This document shows, piece by piece, positions 31,464-41,143 of a DNA stretch of 64,000 bases (within the stretch, counting starts at the first letter, position 1; each line of letters opens with the position of its first letter). The notes beneath the pieces were generated by a model, which saw nothing but the letters and a program-made list of their open reading frames with translations, was not told the DNA's origin and searched no databases. The position numbers and the translations under genes were made by a program. Origin of the DNA: a virus (lineage: Duplodnaviria; Heunggongvirae; Uroviricota; Caudoviricetes). The stretch lies in the IMG/VR virus record IMGVR_UViG_3300011008_000007; one strand, written 5' to 3'.

Positions 31464-32008
31464 ATCTGTTTAGATACTTTTGCACTTGCCGCCGCTTCTT
31501 GAACTGCGTTGATTAAACTCTCTGCCGAAACGCCCTTTTCCTGTAAGCTCTGTGCAATTACTCCGACATTGGCAATAGACTCTGGGTTTACTGTTTCACT
31601 CATTTTTTCGAGGAATACGCCAATCATATCTCCAATAAGCTCTACTGTGCCTGCAAGAGTTGTTCTCTTAGATTGCACAATTTCCATAGCATCCATAAAT
31701 GCGTGACCAAAATCAAAGCCAGCATATTCCATATTATTGAAAACAAGTGCTTTATTAAATTCTGCGACGAAATCTTTGTCATTGGCTAATTCTTCAATGT
31801 CGCTTAAATCAATAATCTCATCTCCATACTTTTCTCTGTAAACACTATCCTCAACACAATAGTTATAGAAATTCATCATTGCGCACAGTTTACCTATATG
31901 TGGCTGATATTTACCCTCTGTGTTAAAATAATATAAAGCAATATCCTCAACTGCCGCCGCATATTCCTTGTAATCAAATTGTGTTTTTATCTCAAATTTC
32001 TTTTCCAT
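31460..32008 (-). CDS. Hypothetical protein (possible tail assembly chaperone)
   Basis: Acidic 182-aa ORF in the tail module. Confidence 0.45.
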   Translation of the reverse strand: MEKKFEIKTQFDYKEYAAAVEDIALYYFNTEGKYQPHIGKLCAMMNFYNYCVEDSVYREKYGDEIIDLSDIEELANDKDFVAEFNKALVFNNMEYAGFDFGHAFMDAMEIVQSKRTTLAGTVELIGDMIGVFLEKMSETVNPESIANVGVIAQSLQEKGVSAESLINAVQEAAASAKVSKQM

Positions 32009-32077
32009 ATTCGTAATCCTTTCTAAATAAAAAAATCCGCACCCATTGCGGTACGGTCAATCAAATTGTTATTTTAT

Positions 32078-32236
32078 TTAATTCCCATCGTCAACAACGG
32101 CAACTACCAATTCATCTCCGCCATTTTTGACAGAGATAACAGATACAAATGTCTCAGTAGCATTGTCATCTAAATAATCTTGTAGCTGGGTAGAGATGTT
32201 TCCGTCATTAACTCTAAACTCTACGATTTTCTGCAT
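32078..32236 (-). CDS. Small hypothetical protein (52 aa)
   Basis: Manual ORF MQKIVEFRVNDG... with RBS GAAAGG. Confidence 0.5.
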   Translation of the reverse strand: MQKIVEFRVNDGNISTQLQDYLDDNATETFVSVISVKNGGDELVVAVVDDGN

Positions 32237-32342
32237 TTTATTATCCTTTCTATTTGCCGAGAATCGCTCTGTATCGCTTTTTTGTTATCGGAATACACCG
32301 TAACGTTTTTTATATAAAATCATAGCAGAACAAAGCACAGGC

Positions 32343-32906
32343 TCAAATAACGCATTCTTTTAGGAATTTTTCGATGTTATATGTATATCGTGTTCTTGCT
32401 TTGGTCTGTTCTATTTTTATATAATTATAGTTTTGTAAATCTTCAAAATTAAAACTCTTTTTTGGTATCTCTCTCATTATTTTGTTAAATTCCGCAATGT
32501 CAATAAATACTGTGGTTTCAAGTTCCCGAAATTCAATTACAAAACCGCAAATTATTCCATCATATTTATTCCAATCATTTAGTCCTTTTATTTGGTGGTA
32601 ATGAATAACTTTTGAATTTTCTCCTTTTTCTCTCTCAAAAGAAATGCTTTTACCTTTTACTGTTTTCATTTCTAAGGCATATAATATTCTTGTTTTTGAA
32701 TTAAATAAGATGTAATCAAAAGGGTTTTTGTTACTAAATCTTAAAAATTGACTCCCACCAAATGATTGCGCAGAATCGGGTAAGCGATATAGCAAAGCAT
32801 AATCCGGCACCGATTTTTTAATTTGTTGCTCGAAGTTTTGACCGATTTTTTTACCATTAGCCATCGTTTTTATTAGGCGCATTTTCGCACCACTTGCGAT
32901 AGGCAA
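32343..32906 (-). CDS. recU: RecU-like Holliday junction resolvase
   Basis: G..FE..I, PFDY, ALEMKT, HQIKGL motifs (PD-(D/E)xK RecU family). Confidence 0.8.
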   Translation of the reverse strand: MPIASGAKMRLIKTMANGKKIGQNFEQQIKKSVPDYALLYRLPDSAQSFGGSQFLRFSNKNPFDYILFNSKTRILYALEMKTVKGKSISFEREKGENSKVIHYHQIKGLNDWNKYDGIICGFVIEFRELETTVFIDIAEFNKIMREIPKKSFNFEDLQNYNYIKIEQTKARTRYTYNIEKFLKECVI

Positions 32907-33097
32907 AGGCAGTTTCGCCTTTTAGAAACCACGCTGAGATTTTTCCTGGTTTTACTTGGTTTTCAAAAACGAATTTTGGCTGACAACCCAATCCAGTATA
33001 AAAAATTATTTGTTTAAGGTTGTCAATTGCTATTAAGTTTTCTCGTCCATAACAGTCAAATACTTCTTCTAAATTAGTAAATTGTATAGTTTTCATT
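32857..33097 (-). CDS. Small hypothetical protein
   Basis: ORF track; probable start MKTIQF near 33097. Confidence 0.5.
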
Positions 33098-33187
33098 TCT
33101 CTATCCTTTCTCAAAAGCGCAAAAATAAAGGGAGGTAGTACCGTATCTATATTGGTATTACCTCCCTTAATTAAATACAATACAACC

Positions 33188-33463
33188 TTATTTATGCTTC
33201 TTATACGGTTTCTTTCCGTAAGTTGTTTTCTTATCTTTATTCTCTGGCTTAAAGATAGGTTTATTTTCTATCTTTTCTACCTTCTGTTTTTCTTTATAAT
33301 CGTCACCAACAACGATATATTTACCATCTTTATATAGAATATTAACATAGTCAATATCATTTTTTATAGATGGGATTTGAACTTCACGTCCATCAAAATT
33401 TATAACTGTAACAGCTTCGTTGTTGATTAAGACTTCACATTTTTTAACCATTTTAATCACCAC
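33188..33463 (-). CDS. Hypothetical protein
   Basis: ORF in operon with a basic C-terminus. Confidence 0.55.
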   Translation of the reverse strand: MVIKMVKKCEVLINNEAVTVINFDGREVQIPSIKNDIDYVNILYKDGKYIVVGDDYKEKQKVEKIENKPIFKPENKDKKTTYGKKPYKKHK

Positions 33464-33471
33464 CGAAATCT

Positions 33472-33500
33472 AAAAGAGAGCTACCGAAAGGCAGCTCTCT
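33472..33500 (-). terminator. Intrinsic terminator after major tail gene
   Basis: AGAGAGCT/AGCTCTCT stem with a U-run on the minus strand. Confidence 0.65.
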
Positions 33501-33509
33501 AAATCTTTA

Positions 33510-34541
33510 TTATTCAGTAACAGTTACCGTAATAACCTTAGTCTGAGAAGCTGTGTCAGTTAATGTAACTGTGTATGTACCAGCCGCAGCATCATTATCC
33601 GCAGAGATAATTACTGTATCGCTATCTCCAGAAATAACAGCCTTTACCTTAGCATAAGCTGTGCTTGAAGAGTCTTTAACAGACGCAGTTACGGCACCTG
33701 TGGCACCAGTAATTCTAATGTCAGGAGCAGTTCCGCCCTGAGCAATGCTGATGGTATCAACGTTTACACCTAACTCAGCTTCACCAGCGTCATCAATTTC
33801 AACCATATCAAATACATTGCCGTTCTTATCTTCTAACAAATCGAAGTTAAGAGTTACTGTTGCAGGGTCGCCCTCTGAGCTAAATGATAGCTCGAAATCT
33901 CTCTGAACAGAAGCCTTATAAGCAATCATCTTAAATGGTGTGAATACGCCATTCTCATCCTTATCAACAGTAGACATTGTGATAAAGTAATCCTTTGGTA
34001 ATTTCTTGTTGTTGAAAGAAACTTTCTTAACTCCAGCAGACTTAGATACAACATAGCCTACTTCGTACTTTCTGCCTGCAACGATGTCACCAGTAGTTGT
34101 TGCTGTAAATGTACCAGCAGAGAATGTGCCGGCGATTACAGAACTGTCATCACCAAAAGCTCCTTCAGGATAAGCGAATACTGAACCCGCCTGGATTGTG
34201 CCGTTTGTGATAGTAGGCAGGGTTAATGAACCGTTACCAACGGCTGTAATTGTTGTCTTATCGGGATAAACCGCAGTTGACTCAACAACTCCATCAGACA
34301 ATAAAGCAAAGAATTTGAAAGGATAAACCTGTGCCTCGATGCTCATTGTACCCTCTAATGGGTCTTGGAATGCAATTCTCTTGCTGCCCTTAGCCATAGC
34401 ATATACGCTTTCGCCAGTTAAGCCAGCAGTTGTAGTATTGGCTGTATCAAAGAATAGATAGGGAGCCATTGTCTTTAAAATACGAATATCAACGTCACAT
34501 ACGCTTCTATTAGCCTTATTATAATCTGGCATAAATTTCAC
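33510..34541 (-). CDS. Major tail tube protein with C-terminal Ig-like extension
   Basis: Position; ANR.VCDV N-terminus; F.S.GDPA..T..FD motif; beta-rich C-terminus ending ITVTVTE. Confidence 0.75.
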   Translation of the reverse strand: MKFMPDYNKANRSVCDVDIRILKTMAPYLFFDTANTTTAGLTGESVYAMAKGSKRIAFQDPLEGTMSIEAQVYPFKFFALLSDGVVESTAVYPDKTTITAVGNGSLTLPTITNGTIQAGSVFAYPEGAFGDDSSVIAGTFSAGTFTATTTGDIVAGRKYEVGYVVSKSAGVKKVSFNNKKLPKDYFITMSTVDKDENGVFTPFKMIAYKASVQRDFELSFSSEGDPATVTLNFDLLEDKNGNVFDMVEIDDAGEAELGVNVDTISIAQGGTAPDIRITGATGAVTASVKDSSSTAYAKVKAVISGDSDTVIISADNDAAAGTYTVTLTDTASQTKVITVTVTE

Positions 34542-34583
34542 TCCTTAAAAATAAAAATATCCGCAAGTATTTGCGGACTTGTA

Positions 34584-35381
34584 CTATTCATAAATGTTTT
34601 TATACCAAAGCTCAGAATTGAAAGTATTCTTTTCGTCACCCCAAACAGAAACACCTCTTGCATTAATGTTATACATTTCGTTGTTTTGTTGTTTCTTGAA
34701 AGAGTCAATCAATTGAAATACTGTCATATCCCAAACATTTATAGGATTAATCGAAAAACTTCTATTTGAAACAGAAGATATGATATTGCCAAAAGTCATA
34801 TTTTTATCATTACCTTCACGTTTGCTTTTTTCAGCCTGAGCTTTTTCCATTCTTTTCATCAATTTTTGAGCCAATTTGTTTTTATATTTTGGTTGCTCTT
34901 CTTCTTTTGGCTCACTATAAATTGCGCAAACTTGTTGAAGTATTTTCATAACACCCTCAAAATTGTCTGCATTAACTACCCCGACTAAATGTTCTGGTTT
35001 CATTTCCTCTGTCTGTTCATAATCTTTACTCAAAAAAATAAATCCCTCTTTTGAAAAAATCACCGTTTCTTCAAAAAAGAAATTTAAAATTGAAATGTAT
35101 TGATTTCTTATATTTTCATCTATAAACAAAACGTCGAACATTGTGGCATTTTTCTTTTCTTCCGCCGTTAATTTTTCCCACATCTCTTTGCTGTCATTAG
35201 ACTTGAATGTGGAATAATACTCTTGTGGAGTTATCTTTAAAAATAGCTTATACAAATTAAAAGCCTCAAAGGTTATTTCTTCTGCTATTTGTCGGAGTGT
35301 ATGTTTTTTGACCGTTCCAATAGTTAGCTTAATTGGAACCGGACTTAAAAGGTCTTCATAACTTAATAACATAAGTTTCAC
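34584..35381 (-). CDS. Tail-associated hypothetical protein
   Basis: 265-aa ORF between head-tail genes and the tail tube. Confidence 0.5.
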   Translation of the reverse strand: MKLMLLSYEDLLSPVPIKLTIGTVKKHTLRQIAEEITFEAFNLYKLFLKITPQEYYSTFKSNDSKEMWEKLTAEEKKNATMFDVLFIDENIRNQYISILNFFFEETVIFSKEGFIFLSKDYEQTEEMKPEHLVGVVNADNFEGVMKILQQVCAIYSEPKEEEQPKYKNKLAQKLMKRMEKAQAEKSKREGNDKNMTFGNIISSVSNRSFSINPINVWDMTVFQLIDSFKKQQNNEMYNINARGVSVWGDEKNTFNSELWYKNIYE

Positions 35382-35866
35382 CTAAAATTAGGAACACTAA
35401 AATACATAACGCAACCATAATAGCGTTCCGAACCATATATATCAACACTATCAAGAGATAATTCGCCTATGCCGAAATTTCTTACAGTATCTTTATCGTT
35501 AATCAAAACCTCTTCTATCATTTGAGATAAAACATCGGCTCGATTGCCGTAAAAGCCTTCTTTTTCATAATTGTCTAAAATACTCCTATGACAAATCGCA
35601 TACATAATAACAGTACAATGTTTTATATGCGGTTTTAACGCAGGAAATTTAACATCATAAAAAATATAAGAATCTGCATCGGTTAAAGTATCGTCCACAA
35701 ATAAATGTGACTTGACGTGATTTTGAAAATTTGTGATTACTTGCTTTTTACTCATATCATTCGTATTTCCAAGCAATAATTCCTTAATATCAGAACTTTG
35801 AAATAGCGCACTCTGTATTTCCTCTTTGAAAAGTCCGCGCTCAGAGGTGTCTTTCTTTTTACTCAA
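35378..35866 (-). CDS. Putative tail terminator / completion protein
   Basis: Position and size. Confidence 0.5.
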   Translation of the reverse strand: MSKKKDTSERGLFKEEIQSALFQSSDIKELLLGNTNDMSKKQVITNFQNHVKSHLFVDDTLTDADSYIFYDVKFPALKPHIKHCTVIMYAICHRSILDNYEKEGFYGNRADVLSQMIEEVLINDKDTVRNFGIGELSLDSVDIYGSERYYGCVMYFSVPNFR

Positions 35867-35879
35867 ATAATATCACCCC

Positions 35880-36956
35880 TTATATAAAATCTTTTACTTT
35901 AAAAATCACAGATGAACTCTCATATCCATCTGCACTTAAAAATAATTCAAATGATTTATTGATTAGCTTTTTATTATTGGCAGAAATACAAATAGAGTTA
36001 TCGAAGTATTCAACATTTAATTTATCCGCACACTCGCCGCGGATTTCCCAATTAGGATAAGCAATGGCTTCATTGCCGTTTTCATCATAGTATTTGGCAA
36101 AGAAAACACAATCATCAATACCGTTATAAATTTCAAGACTATCATATTCAATTTTTGTTGATGAAACAGAAGTTTTATCAACGGATTCTTTTGGAGTTTT
36201 ACACAACCAATATCCTTTGTCGTCAATTACATAGTAACCATCTGTTTCTCGTTGTTCATCTTGTGTTACCATAAATTCAAAATACCCACCATCTACATAG
36301 TCAAATAGTACCGAATCAGAACGAGTAACTTTATACACAATAACAGGATTATTGCAATCTGTTTTGTTGTGTTGTGAAAGTTCTTTCTCATAAACTCTAC
36401 AACGACTATCTATGATAAATCTTTGACCTGTATTGATTTTTAAACTTTCGTCGTCATTTGAAATTGCCACCATCAACTGGTCACTTCGGAAATTATAATA
36501 ATTAAATCTTGTGCTTGTTTCACCATTGTTATACTGAGAGGCAGACACAACGTTTGCCCAACGTTGAATGATTTTGCCTCTATCATTTGTCCAAGTTAGT
36601 AAATAATTACACAATGACATTACGGCTTTTTCAAACATTTTGTTGTCGTCAACTAAGCCGGTTATTAGCCAATAACGATTTTTATACTTAACATACATTC
36701 CTGACTTGCACGTTCCAATAGGAACATATAAATGTCGCACCAAAGATTTTAATCCTGTATCTTGTATATTATTTTGCACAACCGCCTTTATCTGTTTACA
36801 ATCGGATAAATTATAGTTGCAAAGTTCAACCGTTACCGCCATTTCAGAATCGAGTATTTCAGCAAAACTCTCTTCTGCAAAGTCATCAAGTGCCTCACTC
36901 TCATAACCACTAAGCTGACTATATGGACTTTTTAATAAATACCAATCTTGTGCCAT
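35880..36956 (-). CDS. Head-tail joining / neck protein
   Basis: Position; G.YV.Y.N.YWLI...CNY.L.W pattern. Confidence 0.55.
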   Translation of the reverse strand: MAQDWYLLKSPYSQLSGYESEALDDFAEESFAEILDSEMAVTVELCNYNLSDCKQIKAVVQNNIQDTGLKSLVRHLYVPIGTCKSGMYVKYKNRYWLITGLVDDNKMFEKAVMSLCNYLLTWTNDRGKIIQRWANVVSASQYNNGETSTRFNYYNFRSDQLMVAISNDDESLKINTGQRFIIDSRCRVYEKELSQHNKTDCNNPVIVYKVTRSDSVLFDYVDGGYFEFMVTQDEQRETDGYYVIDDKGYWLCKTPKESVDKTSVSSTKIEYDSLEIYNGIDDCVFFAKYYDENGNEAIAYPNWEIRGECADKLNVEYFDNSICISANNKKLINKSFELFLSADGYESSSVIFKVKDFI

Positions 36957-36967
36957 ATAATCACCGC

Positions 36968-37366
36968 CTAATCATAAGCTGTCGGCAACTGATTAAATAT
37001 CATTGTTTCAGATTTAGTGGAATCATATTCTAATTCGTTTCTTGCGGCAGTCTTAGAACCATTATTGCCGTCAACACTTAAATCCTTACCAACGATAGAC
37101 ACCCTCTTATTTACCTTAGATACTTCTCGCTCTTGATATGATTGTTTCATAAATGCGGCAAGAGTATCTATAACGTACTGATGCAATTTTGTATCAAAGA
37201 CCAGATTTTCGTCATCGAAGTTAAGAGGGTCAAGCTCGACTGAAAATCTCGCAATAGCCTTAATTAACCATTGTAATTCCAAACTGTCTGGAATAATCTT
37301 CTTATCTTGGAATGAGGCTTCAAAGCTATTGAAAACATCTTCTGCTGTTGTGTATTCTTTAGCCAT
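36968..37366 (-). CDS. Putative head-tail adaptor
   Basis: Position downstream of the capsid gene. Confidence 0.5.
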   Translation of the reverse strand: MAKEYTTAEDVFNSFEASFQDKKIIPDSLELQWLIKAIARFSVELDPLNFDDENLVFDTKLHQYVIDTLAAFMKQSYQEREVSKVNKRVSIVGKDLSVDGNNGSKTAARNELEYDSTKSETMIFNQLPTAYD

Positions 37367-37382
37367 AATTACCTCCTCAAAA

Positions 37383-37868
37383 TTAATCTAATTTATATCC
37401 CGTATATTTTTCAATAAAACGGATTTTTGAATAATCGTTTAAATTCAATCTTTTAATTGACTCGATAATTGCATATTTTTCCGCTCTTGTAACGATATTC
37501 TTTTTAACGGCTTCCTCGAAATTTGCCTGAACCGCATAGTCAAACAGTTTCTTAACAAGTTTATCGCTAAAAATTGCCTGCTTTGTTTTGCCGTCTTCGC
37601 TATCAAATCCAACTTCTTTTCTCGTTGGAGCATCATCAATAAATATCGTTGCGTGACTTCCAAGACCGTCTGAGCCAGAAAATAGTTTATTACCGCTTTG
37701 AACTTGTGCAATAATTTCATTTCTACTCATCCGATAGGTTCCATTTGGATTGATTGAAATATCTCCTATGCCGTCGGCTTTTCTGGAAAAATGAACATTC
37801 CAACCCGCCAAATTTTTTACTGTCACTTTTTCATCAAGATTTACTTTTTCGTTTGCTTTATCTGCCAT
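37383..37868 (-). CDS. Hypothetical virion-associated protein
   Basis: 161-aa ORF with RBS. Confidence 0.55.
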   Translation of the reverse strand: MADKANEKVNLDEKVTVKNLAGWNVHFSRKADGIGDISINPNGTYRMSRNEIIAQVQSGNKLFSGSDGLGSHATIFIDDAPTRKEVGFDSEDGKTKQAIFSDKLVKKLFDYAVQANFEEAVKKNIVTRAEKYAIIESIKRLNLNDYSKIRFIEKYTGYKLD

Positions 37869-37908
37869 AACAATACCTCATTTCAACTATTTTTATGTTT
37901 TCAACTAT

Positions 37909-38094
37909 TTATATTTCGTGTTTAATTGAATTGTAAGAATTAATTAGTTTGTCCAATCTTTCAGACTTCTTAAATACCCAATATCTCTTATTACTCATCT
38001 GATTGATTTTCGATGCATAACACTTTTCATTGAAAGCAGAGAGATAATGGAACAGCCTCAAAGAATAACAATAGAAGTTTTCTCGTTTTTCCAT
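37909..38094 (-). CDS. Small hypothetical protein
   Basis: 61-aa ORF. Confidence 0.5.
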   Translation of the reverse strand: MEKRENFYCYSLRLFHYLSAFNEKCYASKINQMSNKRYWVFKKSERLDKLINSYNSIKHEI

Positions 38095-38112
38095 TTATCT
38101 GCCCTCATATAT

Positions 38113-38143
38113 AAAAGGGTAGGGCATTTAAAATACCCTACCC
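38113..38143 (-). terminator. Intrinsic terminator after major capsid gene
   Basis: GGGTAGGG/CCCTACCC stem followed by TTTT on the minus strand. Confidence 0.65.
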
Positions 38144-38155
38144 GTAAATATTTGA

Positions 38156-39253
38156 TTATTCTAAGCCGCCAAGATTGCTATCGTAGAATACACCAATCTG
38201 ATGCTCTCTACCCTTCGCAACGTCGCAACCAACTTCAAGGTCAAATCTTGTAAGAATCTTGCCTGTGTGTACGTCGTTACCAGAGAATGATGTTAAGCCA
38301 CCACGGCTATATGTAGCGATAGGTGACTGAGCGCCTGTAGGAACGATAAAGCCAAGACCGATAGGTAACATTGTTTCAAAGTTTGAACCATCAGCATTTA
38401 GCTTATACTCGTTGTAAGGATTAGCCATCTCTGAAAGAACAGCGCCGTTGTAGATTGACGGAATACCGTTCTGAGCAATCTCATCAAGGGTCTTCTGAGA
38501 GATGCCGATTACGTCCTTTGTAGAGATACTACCAACATATCCCTGCCAAGGTGTGAACTGTGACAATAGAGCATAGTCGCCGATTACTGTAGGACGACCA
38601 TTTCTGCGAACCTTTGTCAACAGATTGTCTATACCAGTCTTTGTTAAGCCAGTAAACTCATCCCAATACTTAACGCCTGTAGCATTCTTGATAGCGTTGT
38701 AAACTTTCTTGATAATAGCAAGTTTAGCCTGATTAAGAATGTCTGTCTTAACCTGAGCGATACCCTCGTTCTCTTTGCTCATATCGCCAAGTGAAACTCT
38801 GCGATAATCAACAGCATAACCACCAGAAACGGTGAATGTAGGAACAGGATATACTTCCTTTGTAATTACAGGGAATGTAACGTCGCCGCTTGCAGCCTGC
38901 TGACGAGCATCGGGGTCAGAGTGAGTGTAAAGCTCTCTCTCGATTGTTTCGTCATAACCAACATTCTGATATGAACCAAATACGCCAAGAAGTTTGATTT
39001 CTTCCATTACAGGAGTTTCGATAGCAAATCTCCTAATAGTATTAAGCTCAGAAATTGCGTTAAAATCGCCATTTTCGGCTTTTGCGCCCAAAGCCTTAAT
39101 ATACTTTACAGCTTCGTCGCCCTTTTTACCGAATTTATCTAAAGATTCGCCGTTTACCCAAGCAGAGAAAATCTCAACAACAGGAGATTTCTTTGTAATC
39201 TTACCGTTTACTACCTGAGCGTCATTGCGAGCATTATTCATTTCGTAAATCAT
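38156..39253 (-). CDS. Major capsid protein
   Basis: 365 aa, after scaffold and decoration genes; strongly biased codon usage; followed by a terminator. Confidence 0.8.
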   Translation of the reverse strand: MIYEMNNARNDAQVVNGKITKKSPVVEIFSAWVNGESLDKFGKKGDEAVKYIKALGAKAENGDFNAISELNTIRRFAIETPVMEEIKLLGVFGSYQNVGYDETIERELYTHSDPDARQQAASGDVTFPVITKEVYPVPTFTVSGGYAVDYRRVSLGDMSKENEGIAQVKTDILNQAKLAIIKKVYNAIKNATGVKYWDEFTGLTKTGIDNLLTKVRRNGRPTVIGDYALLSQFTPWQGYVGSISTKDVIGISQKTLDEIAQNGIPSIYNGAVLSEMANPYNEYKLNADGSNFETMLPIGLGFIVPTGAQSPIATYSRGGLTSFSGNDVHTGKILTRFDLEVGCDVAKGREHQIGVFYDSNLGGLE

Positions 39254-39283
39254 AATATATTAACCTTCCTTTCTAAAGATTTA

Positions 39284-39835
39284 TTATTCAGTTGCGTCAG
39301 CCGCAGGAGCCCACTTAGAACCGTCATACTTTAGAACCTGTCCGTTTGTAGCGCCTGTTGTATCAACGTCTGTCAAACCAGCAAGAGTTGTAGCACCAGC
39401 TTCGCCAGCAGCGTCAACAACGATTACTTTAGCTTTTACGGCTTTTTCAGTTAGAGATGTCTTCTCTGTAACCTTGAAATATACACCAGAAGCAGGAGCG
39501 TTCTGCGCAATAACAAGTTTGCCTTCACTGATTGTTAGAAGAGTTGTACCAGCAGTAATGCTTGCATAAGACTCTCCTACGCCATAAGTAATGTGGCTTT
39601 CGTCAATTACTAACTCTTGGCTCTCCCAAGCCTTAACAAGATAGCAGTTTAGGAAATCGCCGGCAGGAATAGTTACGTTCTTCTTATAAGAATCGTCGCC
39701 AACGATAGTGTTGCTTACCAAATATACGTCGCCATCATTAGTGATGAAGCTATAGTTAGGTGTAGCAGCAACCGCTTTGATTGTAGGGTTATTCTTAGAA
39801 TTTTGAATCATTCCGATAGTGTTTACCTTAATCAC
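39284..39835 (-). CDS. Capsid decoration / cement protein
   Basis: Between scaffold and capsid genes; C-terminal LTDVDTTGATNGQVLKYDGSKW repeat-type motif. Confidence 0.6.
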   Translation of the reverse strand: MIKVNTIGMIQNSKNNPTIKAVAATPNYSFITNDGDVYLVSNTIVGDDSYKKNVTIPAGDFLNCYLVKAWESQELVIDESHITYGVGESYASITAGTTLLTISEGKLVIAQNAPASGVYFKVTEKTSLTEKAVKAKVIVVDAAGEAGATTLAGLTDVDTTGATNGQVLKYDGSKWAPAADATE

Positions 39836-39854
39836 TGTTAATCATCCTTTCTAA

Positions 39855-41063
39855 TTAAAAAATATTTGTATCTTCAATATCGTCGGCAGAAGCGTCATCA
39901 ATTACTTCGCTAAAAATATCTTCGATTTCATCTTTCTTGCTGTTCAATTCCTGAATCTCTTTTTCAGCCTGTGACTTAGCATTTTTACCGATTTCCTCGT
40001 AAATTTTGCTAACTACAGAATTGATTTCAGATTCAATTGGATTTTCATTGAACGCCTCAATTTCGGCTTTTGCGTAATCTTTTTCTGTGTCGCTGAATAC
40101 AGAAATAGCCTGACTGAGTTCATTAATTCTCTCCTTAGCTTTAGCTTCACTCAAAGCCTTTTCGAGAACTCTCTTTTCTTCCCAAAGAGTGTTATATCTT
40201 TCGTTTAGCTCATCGTACTCAGCCTTAATATCATCAAGAGCCTTTTGGATTTGCTCAGAACTTGCAACAAGCTCGTTCTTTTCCTGAGTAACTGTTTCTA
40301 CAGCCTGATTAGCCTCAGCGATTTTTGTTTCGCACTCAGCTTGTAGGGCATCTTTTTCGGCTTTTAAGTTATTCATTTCAGCTACTACTTCTGCAACAAT
40401 AGCCTTAATTTCTGACTTATCCATTGTTTTGTCCTCCTTATGTTTTTCTTCATTGAGTTCAAGTAGTTTGGCACTATCATCTGCGGGAGCTATACCTAAT
40501 AGGGCATACCCCGAAAAAATAAACTCTGTGGGTATTCTTCCTTGCTCTTTGTAGCCATACTTATAAATAATTCCTTCTTGCCCTTTAGCTCTCATTATTT
40601 CTACGCTACCGCTTGGATAGATACCGTTTGCTATATCTTCGTCTAACTTGGTTACATAGTTGTGATAACATTGGGCATCAATTTCGCCCTCTCCGATAAG
40701 TGCCAATATCTTGCCTTTATCGGTTTCGATTTCGTCAATATATCCCTTTTTGAAAGTGCCGATTACTACCGCATTTTCAAATGTAGGACTATCATCTATT
40801 ACTCCAGTATCACCGTGACCAAATATTTCGGTTCTTTCGTCGTCAATAAATTCACAACGAAGGCTCATTCCCTCGATACTCGGCAAAGCCTTTTCACAGT
40901 ATTCTTGGAGCCAAGTTATACCGTTTTTGTTGTACATAGTGCCAACTTCATTAACTTCATCAACACAAGAATCGGGAAATATCTCGCATAAAATTAGCTT
41001 GAAATTCCGTCTGCCGTTTTCATCTTTCTTGCTGAAAATTTCAAACTTCTTCATACTTTTCAC
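39855..41063 (-). CDS. Prohead protease-scaffold fusion
   Basis: N-terminal domain with GHG and GSVEI motifs, then a long coiled coil. Confidence 0.6.
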   Translation of the reverse strand: MKSMKKFEIFSKKDENGRRNFKLILCEIFPDSCVDEVNEVGTMYNKNGITWLQEYCEKALPSIEGMSLRCEFIDDERTEIFGHGDTGVIDDSPTFENAVVIGTFKKGYIDEIETDKGKILALIGEGEIDAQCYHNYVTKLDEDIANGIYPSGSVEIMRAKGQEGIIYKYGYKEQGRIPTEFIFSGYALLGIAPADDSAKLLELNEEKHKEDKTMDKSEIKAIVAEVVAEMNNLKAEKDALQAECETKIAEANQAVETVTQEKNELVASSEQIQKALDDIKAEYDELNERYNTLWEEKRVLEKALSEAKAKERINELSQAISVFSDTEKDYAKAEIEAFNENPIESEINSVVSKIYEEIGKNAKSQAEKEIQELNSKKDEIEDIFSEVIDDASADDIEDTNIF

Positions 41064-41143
41064 CGCCTTTCGTGTGCATATGTATATATATAAAAAGAGA
41101 ACCTATGCGAACATAGATTCTCTGATTGAATAATTAATTAGTA

